Assembly: GCA_016840855.1 (NCBI GenBank)
Contig: JAEORO010000069.1
Coordinates: 74,952 to 138,951, forward strand
Reading direction: 5' to 3'
Length of the DNA: 64,000 bases
From: Candidatus Thorarchaeota archaeon
Lineage (GTDB): Archaea > Asgardarchaeota > Thorarchaeia > Thorarchaeales > Thorarchaeaceae
Of this stretch, positions 50,243 through 59,087 are shown in pieces (position 1 is the stretch's first letter; each line of letters opens with the position of its first letter). The notes beneath the pieces were generated by a model, which ran no database searches, had not been told where the DNA came from, and saw only the letters and a program-made list of their open reading frames with translations. The position numbers and the translations under genes were made by a program.

Positions 50243-50716
50243 CTATTTCACAACAAGAACAGGACCAAGGGCACCATTCACCACTCGTTCGGTGATACTG
50301 CCTATACCGGATCTCGATAATCCATCTAAGCCCTCAGAACCAATTACTATTAGGTCGACACCTAGATTTTGAGCCTGAGCGATGATTCTCTCACTAGGAG
50401 ACCCCTTATCAAGAATTAGCTCAACTTCAATGTTGTATTCTTTGGACGCAAGTTTGGTGCCATCAAGCATTTTTTGCCCTTTTATTTCATATTTTCTTAT
50501 AGCTTCATCGAAAGCTGTGTTTGACATTAACGAGAATTGTTGTACGACAGATGTAGGGACAACATGAATGATGTAGAGCTTTGACTTTGTCATTTCAGCT
50601 ACCTCGAAAGCAACTGTAGCCGCTCGAGCTGAACCTTGACTACCATCAATAGCTAGCATGACTTTGTTAGCACTACAAAAAATATGTCCTGGTGCACAAT
50701 ATAGAACGTCGGCCAT
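50243..50716 (-). CDS. Universal stress protein (UspA family)
   Basis: MLAIDGSQGS, IIHVV, GSPSERI, DLIVIGS and GSITERVV...PVLVVK. Confidence 0.92.
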   Translation of the reverse strand: MADVLYCAPGHIFCSANKVMLAIDGSQGSARAATVAFEVAEMTKSKLYIIHVVPTSVVQQFSLMSNTAFDEAIRKYEIKGQKMLDGTKLASKEYNIEVELILDKGSPSERIIAQAQNLGVDLIVIGSEGLDGLSRSGIGSITERVVNGALGPVLVVK

Positions 50717-50837
50717 AGAGAATCTCAGTGCATGTTCATTATAATTAACTTGTGTTTTGGTCCTTCAGTGCATAGGTTTAATTTCATCCTATGATTCATA
50801 CACTATACAATGTTAATTCCATGGAGGAGAGTCGACA

Positions 50838-52205
50838 TTGACAGTTGCAGATATTTATGAATACCATGAAAAAAAGAAGTTTCCAAGCCATAAGGGAGCA
50901 ATCGCAGGGCTCCTTATTGTCTTTGGAGGTTTCATAGCATTAGGAGTCTATGCTCTATATATGATCTTAGATAGTCTGACCGGAATCATCACTAGTTTCT
51001 TGCCACTTTTGGCTGGTAACATGTGGTTGATAGGTGCAGCACTCCTAGGAATAATTGGTCTTAGCTTAGCCATGGGTCTTCTTGCATCTCTTGCTGCAAG
51101 ACGTTTGGGAGGAACATTGATCACCATTGGTGCACTTTTCATGAACATCCTAACATGGGGAATAGTCATTTTCCTGCTCGCTACTGGCATTCTATCTATA
51201 TCACAAGTTGGTGAATGGTGGCCAATTATGATACCAGGTTTGATAACGCTATTCATCACCCTTCTTCTCTTCACGGTTTTTCGAGACAGAATCAGAAGAG
51301 CTGGAGAGATAATCAAACTGACTGGACAAGTGACCCTAGATGAGAAAGGAACCTTTATCCCACCATTGTTGACAATGATTTTCACTCTTGTTTCAGCTAT
51401 ATTATTTGCAAGTATTTTAGCCTACTTTATGCCTCAGGTCCTTGAGCTGGATTATGTGTTTACTCCTGAGAGAGACTGGCCATATGCTATTGGTGTGGTT
51501 GTCTATCTATTTGTAACAATTTTCTTTTACAACTTTGCTTATTCGACTACTTCAGCTATCACATACATTTACATGCGCGGCCGAGATCCAACCCTTGGAG
51601 ATGGTGTAAGATCCTCGCTCGGAGTTCTTGGTGCGCTTGTTGTGTTAAGTATCATGAGCGTAATTATTGCTATAGTCAGGCTTGCCATCAGAGGTGCTGC
51701 TAGTAGATCTCAGAGCGCGATTGGGAGAGGAGTTGGATATGCAGCCGAGGGTATCATTGGTTGGGTATGGGCGCTAGTCAATTACTTCACAATCCCAGCT
51801 ATGGTTGCGGAAGAGTTGAGTGCAACTAAAGCCATCAAAAGAAGCGCGGGTTTAGTCCGTAAGAACTTCGTTGATGTGCTTATCAAAGAAACAGCTGTAA
51901 GGTGGGCCTTTGGTGTTCTAGCATTTATGATCTTCTTTGGTTTTGCAGCTTTTGGGGCATTGTTCGGATGGATCTATTCTAATGGAGATATCATGATCAC
52001 AATTGTCATGACTATGGTGTTCGTAGTCTTTGCATCGATACCTAGCACTCTTGTCTTGCGTACATTCGACATTGTCTATGTAACACTACTTTATGTCTTC
52101 ATCAGACGCAAAGAGGGTGAAATTACTGGCAAGACAGCTATTCCTTCATCCCTGAACCAAGAACTTGACAGAGCATACACTAGAGCACAACGAAGTGAGG
52201 AATAG
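50838..52205 (+). CDS. Polytopic membrane protein resembling CTL/SLC44 choline transporter-like (or DUF6159) family
   Basis: About 10 TM helices. RDRIRRAGEIIKL, LG.L...S....II.IVR and VNYFTIPAMV...ATKAIKRSAGLVRKN resemble CTL blocks from recall. Confidence 0.55.
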   Translation: MTVADIYEYHEKKKFPSHKGAIAGLLIVFGGFIALGVYALYMILDSLTGIITSFLPLLAGNMWLIGAALLGIIGLSLAMGLLASLAARRLGGTLITIGALFMNILTWGIVIFLLATGILSISQVGEWWPIMIPGLITLFITLLLFTVFRDRIRRAGEIIKLTGQVTLDEKGTFIPPLLTMIFTLVSAILFASILAYFMPQVLELDYVFTPERDWPYAIGVVVYLFVTIFFYNFAYSTTSAITYIYMRGRDPTLGDGVRSSLGVLGALVVLSIMSVIIAIVRLAIRGAASRSQSAIGRGVGYAAEGIIGWVWALVNYFTIPAMVAEELSATKAIKRSAGLVRKNFVDVLIKETAVRWAFGVLAFMIFFGFAAFGALFGWIYSNGDIMITIVMTMVFVVFASIPSTLVLRTFDIVYVTLLYVFIRRKEGEITGKTAIPSSLNQELDRAYTRAQRSEE

Positions 52206-52216
52206 TTTGAATATCT

Positions 52217-52255
52217 GTGTGATGGTAGAAAAACCATCACACCTCTATTATTTTT
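52217..52255 (+). terminator. Intrinsic terminator-like hairpin
   Basis: 10-bp stem gtgtgatggt-agaaaa-accatcacac followed by ctctattattttt. Confidence 0.6.
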
Positions 52256-52307
52256 AACAACATATAATTCAGAAGAGTCTAAAGCAATCTACAAGACAAA
52301 CCAGTAG

Positions 52308-53330
52308 GTGAAATTGATGGATCCTAAAATCGCATCAGCAAATGCTTTAGAATCAGTGCTTGAGGCAAGTCCAGGCGAATCGATTCTTATTGTCACAGAT
52401 GATGTTCGTAAAGATGTAGCTCATGCATTCGCAGAGGGAGCTCTGAGCATAGGACTTTGGACACGGATGGTTGTTTTAGAAGCAAAACCTAACGAGTTTC
52501 GCAAGGAGATACCTCAACATCTTGTCGAGATGATAAATTCGCACAACCCCCCTGATATCTACATCAACATTCTGAGAGGAATAACTGAAGAAACTCCATT
52601 TCGAATCAAAATCATAAACTTAGAAACTAGGAAAGGTCGGTCTAGACTGGGTCACTGTCCAGGAATAGAGATGGATATGTTGACAGAGGGAGCTTTGTCC
52701 TTAACTCGAGAAGAAAATGCAGAGATGCAACGCAGAGCAAAATCGCTGCTAGCTCTTCTCCAAGATGTGGATTCCGTCCATGTAACTTCTCCGTCTGGTT
52801 CGGATTTTACAATAAGTGTGAAGGGACGTACCTGGTTTAGTGACACCTATCTCAATTGGAAAGATATGAAATGGATGAACCTCCCGACAGGTGAAGTACT
52901 CATCGGACCAGTGGAAAACTCAATGCAAGGCATTCTGGTCTGCGACCTTGCTGTAGGAGGATACGGTCCACTTAGCAAGCCAATCAAAATCGAAACTAGT
53001 GCTGGAAAGGTCACGAAACTTGAGAGTGCGGACAAGGAAGTACTCAGGGTTGTGACAGAAACCCAAGCAATAGATGAGATGGCAAAGCACATTGGCGAGT
53101 TTGCATTTGGTCTAAATCCTAAGGCAAGAATTGTAGAAGAGTTTCTCGAGAGTGAGAAAGTGGGAAAAGCCATTCATGTCGCATTTGGTAACAATATGGA
53201 CTATCCTGGCGTATCCATGAATAATTCCGCAACGCATCAAGATTTCTTGGTTGATAGACCTACAGTGACAGTCTTTTATTCGGATGGAAATAGACTTGTG
53301 GTAATGAAAGACGGGACTCTCCAAGTTTAA
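52308..53330 (+). CDS. Aminopeptidase, M29 (thermophilic metalloprotease) family
   Basis: NLPTGEV, IGEFAFGLNP, ESEKV, IHVAFGNN and HQD metal-ligand motifs. Confidence 0.88.
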   Translation: MKLMDPKIASANALESVLEASPGESILIVTDDVRKDVAHAFAEGALSIGLWTRMVVLEAKPNEFRKEIPQHLVEMINSHNPPDIYINILRGITEETPFRIKIINLETRKGRSRLGHCPGIEMDMLTEGALSLTREENAEMQRRAKSLLALLQDVDSVHVTSPSGSDFTISVKGRTWFSDTYLNWKDMKWMNLPTGEVLIGPVENSMQGILVCDLAVGGYGPLSKPIKIETSAGKVTKLESADKEVLRVVTETQAIDEMAKHIGEFAFGLNPKARIVEEFLESEKVGKAIHVAFGNNMDYPGVSMNNSATHQDFLVDRPTVTVFYSDGNRLVVMKDGTLQV

Positions 53331-53333
53331 AGG

Positions 53334-53567
53334 TTAAGAAATCTCTTGCAATGCCTGTTTAGTAGCTCGCCGATCAATAGCCCGAAGTATGATAATCACA
53401 GCCAAGGAACCAATCAAATAGACTGCAATTATCTCACTACCGGTCGCTTGAAAGAAACCGTATAAAATCCAGAGAAGAAAAATCAGGACTAATCCTGAAG
53501 CACATAATATCTGCTCAAATTGCCTTTTTCGACCATTACCCGGTTTCTTCTTTTTCGACTTTGGCAA
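53334..53567 (-). CDS. Small two-TM membrane protein
   Basis: TTG start after GGAG, basic N-terminus and two hydrophobic helices. Confidence 0.6.
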   Translation of the reverse strand: MPKSKKKKPGNGRKRQFEQILCASGLVLIFLLWILYGFFQATGSEIIAVYLIGSLAVIIILRAIDRRATKQALQEIS

Positions 53568-53588
53568 GCTGAATCTCCAATTTTTGAA

Positions 53589-54818
53589 CTACATCCATTC
53601 GAATGCTTTGTTCCATGTTACACTTGAACCGGAATAAGGATTCATATAGACAGTCTTGAAGAAATCAGGGAGTAAATCCTTCTGCGATGCCTTGAGAAAT
53701 GTGGGATATACGAAATTTGTTCGTCCTATGAAGTAAGTGAAAATATATGGCGCGAAGAAATTAATTTTTCCTTCCTTGTTTGTCGGAGATATGAAATCTA
53801 TTGATGCCTCAGCAGACTCTCGAGATCTGTAACCTCTGTTCTGCAGATAATCTATTGCCTCTTCGACAGATTTTCTTTCATCATTTAGAAGGATTGCTGC
53901 ATTGATTTGAGTCATTCTTCGGAGAGGATTTAATGCGTTCAAAACCAAGATTCGGGGATCGTCTTCTGAAACTCCAAGGAATTCTTTTGCTGTATCAGCA
54001 GTACCTTCTGAGATGACGCATCGACCTGTATGAAGAGGGACAATTGACAGCTCAAGATTTCCAGTCTTCAGATATGCTTTCTCTCGCCAAAGATTTGAAA
54101 CATGATGTTCATATTCATGATATATTGTAGCCTGCAAAGTATCTCTGTTGAACTTCCTATCGATGTTAAATTGATTCAGAGATTTGAATCCACCAAGATA
54201 CCAATTATAACCACCCCAAGGTTGGTTTCTAACGGCTTCATATTGAACACCCATATCAGGTACTGAAGCACCTATCACTGCATAGATTTTATCACGAAAC
54301 TCTTGACCTATTTCTATTCCTCGTTGTTGGAGCTCAGTCTCAAGTAGCTTTTGAAGAGAGTCACCAGTAACCTCACCCTCCTTTCCAAAATTATCTATCT
54401 TTTCTTGAAGATCTTTACCTGGAAAATTTTCCATTACATCACTAAGTGTTTCTATATTCTTGTCAATCTCATGCTCCGAAAACTTCTCCATCGATATATG
54501 AAAGAGACCCTCAACAAGCTCAGAGTACGAAATCTCCTTTCCATCTAACCAATCCAGAATTACATTAAGGGAGTGCAACTCACCCATCATGAATTCAAGT
54601 CGAAGTGTATCATCAATCTCATCTCTAAGTGCATCAAGAGCTAGATGGATGTCGTGGACGATATCTGATACGGGTTTTTCCTTTTCTGATGTTCTTGGAT
54701 TGAACTCCTCAGGTCCAAAGTATGCATCCACAACACTTACACCAGTCAACCTTTCGGTATAAGCCCCAACTTCACCGGTGATTTTGACAAATCTTTCAGC
54801 AGCATTCATTGTAACCAC
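53589..54818 (-). CDS. Putative zinc metallopeptidase (gluzincin, DUF885-like)
   Basis: HExxH (YHEYEHH) with downstream ISEGTA third ligand, PWGGYNWYLGG and YIFTYFIG. No signal peptide. Confidence 0.65.
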   Translation of the reverse strand: MVTMNAAERFVKITGEVGAYTERLTGVSVVDAYFGPEEFNPRTSEKEKPVSDIVHDIHLALDALRDEIDDTLRLEFMMGELHSLNVILDWLDGKEISYSELVEGLFHISMEKFSEHEIDKNIETLSDVMENFPGKDLQEKIDNFGKEGEVTGDSLQKLLETELQQRGIEIGQEFRDKIYAVIGASVPDMGVQYEAVRNQPWGGYNWYLGGFKSLNQFNIDRKFNRDTLQATIYHEYEHHVSNLWREKAYLKTGNLELSIVPLHTGRCVISEGTADTAKEFLGVSEDDPRILVLNALNPLRRMTQINAAILLNDERKSVEEAIDYLQNRGYRSRESAEASIDFISPTNKEGKINFFAPYIFTYFIGRTNFVYPTFLKASQKDLLPDFFKTVYMNPYSGSSVTWNKAFEWM

Positions 54819-54952
54819 TTCATGAAATGATATGCCAACCTATAGTGTTTACCCTTAAAGCCACCAGAAGTCTTAGTCAGTTACTGATTTCATATTCGTA
54901 GATATAATTCTATGAAGGGTCTTTCATCGCTTAGTGCGACAGAATCTATGAA

Positions 54953-57085
54953 TTACCTAAATCCTCCTGAAACGCATGCACTGTGACAAGCGCTATGGCA
55001 AGCACTATGGCAAACGCATGCACTGTGACAAGCGCTATGACAAGCGCTATGACAGGCATCATGGGAAACGCAAGCACTATGACAGGCATCATGAGAAACA
55101 CACCTGCTTGTGCTTTCAATTAATGGCTTGAGAGGAGCTGTTATGATGTTACCAACACCTTCTAAGACACTTCCAATTGTACTGGTAACATTGTTCATAA
55201 TCTGCCCTGTGGTTGTTGCCACATCACCCACAACTCGACCAACCCCACTGATAGCATGGCCTGTTGCCTCAGAAAGCTGTGAGAACCAGTCAGGAACATG
55301 AGGAGGAGAGATTGACGGTCCGGGTTTTGCAAAGACATCACCGATATGATCATGCTGTGGATGCATGTAAAGCCAATACCAGGCCCATCCTCCACCATGA
55401 AACTGACGATTGAAATAGTAATCCATCCTTCCATCTAAGGTAGGATATGACTCCAATTCTTCCCAAGCTCCATCAACCATTTCGTCATGTTTTGCCTTGG
55501 TTGCCTCAAAATCTGCACTCCAAGCTTTTTCTTGTACTTTCTCAGCTAACTCTTCGAGCATATCATCTATCTTATCCGAATCAAGTTCATCGCCAACAAT
55601 TGATTCAACAAACAGCTCTTCATAATATGTTAAGTCCTGAAATTGGAGGCCCGTTACTGAGAGCTTCAATGGATCTGTGGACAATACACGGACAGCACCT
55701 TTTTTCACACATGACATGAGGATCATTGAAACGAGTCTTTGTCGTGTGGTGTTCATGAAGAATGCTGATTCAATTGGATCTAGCTCTGCCACCACTCCAG
55801 GTTCACCAAATGTTTGGATAGCAATTTCAGGACTCTCATATACGTAGGTGGTTTCATCTGCGTCCCATTTTGCACCATAAGTACGTGTCACTCTTTTGTA
55901 ACCATAGAAGATGAATCCAAGTGAAACAAAGATAGCAGCTCCGCCAAACAGTAATGTTGGTGGAATTAATGGTGGTATGTACTCTTGAACGTAGACATCA
56001 ATTGTGAAGAAGAGCCAGTCTGAGGAGTTTAAATTCGAAGCACTAACTTGGAAGGCAATAGTAAGAATAGCTGGCACATTTGCAGGGACTATTGAATAGG
56101 ACTCGTATGAGGTTTCACCACCAGAAAGGGTTCCAACAAAAGTTGTCACTGATCCAGATGTGAGTGTTAGATTCTCAGGGAGCGAAATAGTGATTGTTAC
56201 ATCTTCCAGGTTGGCATCACCAAAATTGAAAACAATAAGCTGTAAGTTGAACGATGTATCTGCTTTAGCGTTGATTATTGGATCATAATCAATACCAAGA
56301 GCCCCAGGTTCGAGATAAGGTGAATAGAAACTCCAATTGGTATAATGAAAGACTCTGAAGTGATCATACGCAACTAGGTTTGAATGACCAAGACTAACTG
56401 TAAAATATCGTGGATCAGCTCCAACATCATATGGATAAGCTAAAAGATTCTCTTCATCAAAATCGATTCTAGTGCTGCTACGCCACAATCCTTGGTTTTC
56501 ATCAACAACGTAGCCAGCATACTCAGCTCCCTCCACGGTGACACCATTTGACGGTTCAATCCAAGATGAATTCATCTCAATTGGATATATTACTTGGACG
56601 GCTTCATAGTCGATTGGGATTTCCCATTGAACAGGAGCCCAATTGAGAACTCCAAGATCCCCGTAAGTAGGCGATGATGTAAATTCAATCACACGATTCG
56701 TGCTAAAATAACCAAAGACAACAAGGACTTTTTCTCCTTCTGGAGTTCTGGGGACCCAATCTAGACCATAACCAGTTGAAAGAGTAGTGATTAAGAGGTC
56801 GTACCGATTGCCGCCCCATTCAGCATATGCACGGTCATTATCATATATCGTTGATTCTTGAATTCCCAGTAAATCGAATCCTCCTAGACCACCCTCAGCC
56901 GCAGTAAAAGTCATCCAATACGTAACATTAATTCGTCCATTGGGCATTACTACAACATCAACATTCACGCTATCTAAATTTGGGTTAGCACTTGGTATAC
57001 TACTTGCATAGGAAATAGATTGCATCTGGAGTAATGAAAGAACAAGTACTCCAATTAGTAACGTATTTACCAAGCCTTTCTTCAC
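54953..57085 (-). CDS. Single-pass membrane protein (DUF2207-like N-terminus, Ig/CARDB-like domain) with C-terminal Cys/His repeat tail; putative radical SAM substrate
   Basis: Signal peptide, beta-rich ectodomain, one TM (LLFGGAAIFVSLGFIFYGY then KR), helical cytoplasmic region and tail CVSHDACHSACVSHDACHSACHSACHSACVCHSACHSACHSACVSGGFR. Confidence 0.85.
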   Translation of the reverse strand: MKKGLVNTLLIGVLVLSLLQMQSISYASSIPSANPNLDSVNVDVVVMPNGRINVTYWMTFTAAEGGLGGFDLLGIQESTIYDNDRAYAEWGGNRYDLLITTLSTGYGLDWVPRTPEGEKVLVVFGYFSTNRVIEFTSSPTYGDLGVLNWAPVQWEIPIDYEAVQVIYPIEMNSSWIEPSNGVTVEGAEYAGYVVDENQGLWRSSTRIDFDEENLLAYPYDVGADPRYFTVSLGHSNLVAYDHFRVFHYTNWSFYSPYLEPGALGIDYDPIINAKADTSFNLQLIVFNFGDANLEDVTITISLPENLTLTSGSVTTFVGTLSGGETSYESYSIVPANVPAILTIAFQVSASNLNSSDWLFFTIDVYVQEYIPPLIPPTLLFGGAAIFVSLGFIFYGYKRVTRTYGAKWDADETTYVYESPEIAIQTFGEPGVVAELDPIESAFFMNTTRQRLVSMILMSCVKKGAVRVLSTDPLKLSVTGLQFQDLTYYEELFVESIVGDELDSDKIDDMLEELAEKVQEKAWSADFEATKAKHDEMVDGAWEELESYPTLDGRMDYYFNRQFHGGGWAWYWLYMHPQHDHIGDVFAKPGPSISPPHVPDWFSQLSEATGHAISGVGRVVGDVATTTGQIMNNVTSTIGSVLEGVGNIITAPLKPLIESTSRCVSHDACHSACVSHDACHSACHSACHSACVCHSACHSACHSACVSGGFR
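54968..55102 (-). repeat. Coding tandem repeat encoding (CHSA)n / CVSHDA
   Basis: 12-nt units with synonymous variation. Identical 28-bp blocks at 54970-54997 and 55012-55039, and 17-bp blocks at 55047-55063 and 55077-55093. Confidence 0.95.
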
Positions 57086-57136
57086 ATTATGACCCTCTTG
57101 TCAAATGGTTTCTAGACAATTGATTTATTGATGTAG

Positions 57137-57532
57137 CTAGTCACCTCGCTGAGCTCTAAGGGCATCAGCTTGTGCGATGGTCAGATTAGATAAGTCAGAT
57201 TTCGCGGCCGCCCATTCAACGAGGTCAGGAAATTCAGAAATCATGCCACCCCAGACAAGATGATAGACTCGTTTCAAGACAACACCTGCATCAGCTTCTT
57301 TTCCAACATATTCAAAGAAACACTTCACGATTGCAGGGGTCTGTTCACTCATGTTTTGCGGCACTTCCGTGCCAAAACCAGCGAACTCGACATCGAGTTC
57401 ACGAAAAACATCCATTCTTTCGCGAATCCCAGCAGCAATGATTGGCAAATCAATATCATATGCACTGAAATGCATGATCAGTTTCTTCTTTGTAATCGTG
57501 CCATAAGGCAATTTTATCTCACTTGTGCTCAT
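57137..57532 (-). CDS. Hypothetical protein (~131 aa) upstream of the Cys/His-tail gene
   Basis: ATG 57532 (MSTSEIK) after GGAG. Co-oriented, 51 nt upstream of the 710-aa gene. Confidence 0.7.
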   Translation of the reverse strand: MSTSEIKLPYGTITKKKLIMHFSAYDIDLPIIAAGIRERMDVFRELDVEFAGFGTEVPQNMSEQTPAIVKCFFEYVGKEADAGVVLKRVYHLVWGGMISEFPDLVEWAAAKSDLSNLTIAQADALRAQRGD

Positions 57533-57650
57533 AGAACACACTCCACGATGATGTTGTTCATATCTCAAGATTGGGGACTGATAAGCCTTTCATTTCTGGT
57601 GATGTATTCTAACCGAACCCTTAAGATGATACAAAATAGTTACTATTTCG

Positions 57651-59081
57651 ATGACCTCTCCAAGTTCAATACCAGAGTATAACTACACTCTAGAGGATTT
57701 GCGTTGGATTCCCACTTTCATCAATGAGGTCAGAGATTTCTTCTTTGTGAGACCTGAAGATAACCTTCTGATTCTTAGACCGAATAAGACAATGCATCTA
57801 AATGAAACAGGAATTCGAATGCTAAAGATGTTGCTAGATAATGAACCCATTGAAAGTATCATCTATCATTTTGTGAAGGCAGGTGGAGAAAAACAGGTTG
57901 TTATGAACGATTTGGCATCTTTCGTTGAAGACCTTCGAAATATGACCATTGGGAATCAAAACATATACAGCTATAAGACTGCCAAAATAGTTCCATTTGG
58001 AGAGGGAGAGATCAAGTACCCCGTTTTGAGCGAAATCGCGCTTACCTATAGATGCAATAATAGATGCAGGTTTTGTTATGCATACTCACCTTATCGCGAG
58101 TCTGGAGAAATGACAACTGATGAAGTGAAACAAGTAATTGATATCATTGTAGATGATGCGCACGTACCAAGTCTTTCCTTTACTGGTGGAGAGCCTACAC
58201 TTCGTGAGGATCTTATTGACCTCATTGCATATGGCAGAGAGAGAGGCCTCCGAATCAATCTCATTACAAATGGAATTAGATGTCACGATAAAGAATATGT
58301 CAAGAAGCTTGTTGACGCGGGATTGAATAGTGCTCAAGTTTCTATAGAAGGTCCTGATGCAGAAACCCACGATTACATCGTTGGAATTCCTGGAGCCTTT
58401 GACAAGACTGTTCAGGGCATAAAGAATCTACAAGAAACGGACATTTATACACACTGCAACACAACCATTTGTAGACCCAATGTTCACAAGTTGGAGGAAT
58501 TGGTGGACTTTCATGCGGATGAGTTGAAACTCACATACTTTAGCATGAATATGGTGATTTATACTGGTACAGCAGCCAAACTCAGAGATGAGCTTCAAAT
58601 CAAGTATTCTGAAATCAAAGATATTGTAAAACGCGTAAAGAAATGGGCGAACAAGAAAGGTGTCCAATTTGTATGGTATGCACCAACTCCAGTCTGTTTG
58701 TTCAATCCAATAGCACATGGACTTGGGGCAAAAAGCTGTGCATGCTGTGACGGGTTGCTCTCGGTTGATGCAGAAGGAGGAGTATTACCTTGCTCAAGTT
58801 TTAATGAACCTGTTGGCAACCTCCTTACAGAGAGTTTCGAACAAGTATGGTATAATCGCGCATCTCAGTTTTGGAGAGCAAAAGATTTTGCACCAGAAGG
58901 TTGTAAGGCTTGCGAACATTTTGATTATTGCTATGGAGCATGCCCACTATATTGGGATGTCCATGGATTTGATGAAATCAAGGATTACTGGCCGAGGAAG
59001 AGTAGAATGGCCAAGAAGATTGATGAGGTTCGTTTGAATCTAAGAAGAAGAATTCGCGGAGATCAACATGGAATTACTTGA
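57651..59081 (+). CDS. Radical SAM/SPASM domain protein with N-terminal PqqD/RRE-like domain (peptide-modifying type)
   Basis: CNNRCRFC (CxxxCxxC), FTGGEP, ITNG, SPASM CACC...GGVLPC...CKACEHFDYCYGAC, and N-terminal strands plus LNETG..M...L helices typical of PqqD/RRE. Confidence 0.92.
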   Translation: MTSPSSIPEYNYTLEDLRWIPTFINEVRDFFFVRPEDNLLILRPNKTMHLNETGIRMLKMLLDNEPIESIIYHFVKAGGEKQVVMNDLASFVEDLRNMTIGNQNIYSYKTAKIVPFGEGEIKYPVLSEIALTYRCNNRCRFCYAYSPYRESGEMTTDEVKQVIDIIVDDAHVPSLSFTGGEPTLREDLIDLIAYGRERGLRINLITNGIRCHDKEYVKKLVDAGLNSAQVSIEGPDAETHDYIVGIPGAFDKTVQGIKNLQETDIYTHCNTTICRPNVHKLEELVDFHADELKLTYFSMNMVIYTGTAAKLRDELQIKYSEIKDIVKRVKKWANKKGVQFVWYAPTPVCLFNPIAHGLGAKSCACCDGLLSVDAEGGVLPCSSFNEPVGNLLTESFEQVWYNRASQFWRAKDFAPEGCKACEHFDYCYGACPLYWDVHGFDEIKDYWPRKSRMAKKIDEVRLNLRRRIRGDQHGIT

Positions 59082-59087
59082 ACGCAC

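Noticed and set aside
54968-55102. Short DNA repeats as a CRISPR array or non-coding VNTR
   Set aside because: Units are 12/30/42 nt, in frame, have no unique spacers and show synonymous variation. No cas genes are present. It is a coding repeat.
54956-55102. Multiheme c-type cytochrome call for the Cys/His tail
   Set aside because: No canonical CxxCH. The CX3CH motifs overlap too densely, and the predicted location is cytoplasmic. Kept only as a minor alternative.
57651-59081. Annotating the radical SAM protein as pqqE, mftC or ahbD
   Set aside because: None of the partner genes of these pathways is in the window, and motifs alone do not distinguish SPASM subfamilies.
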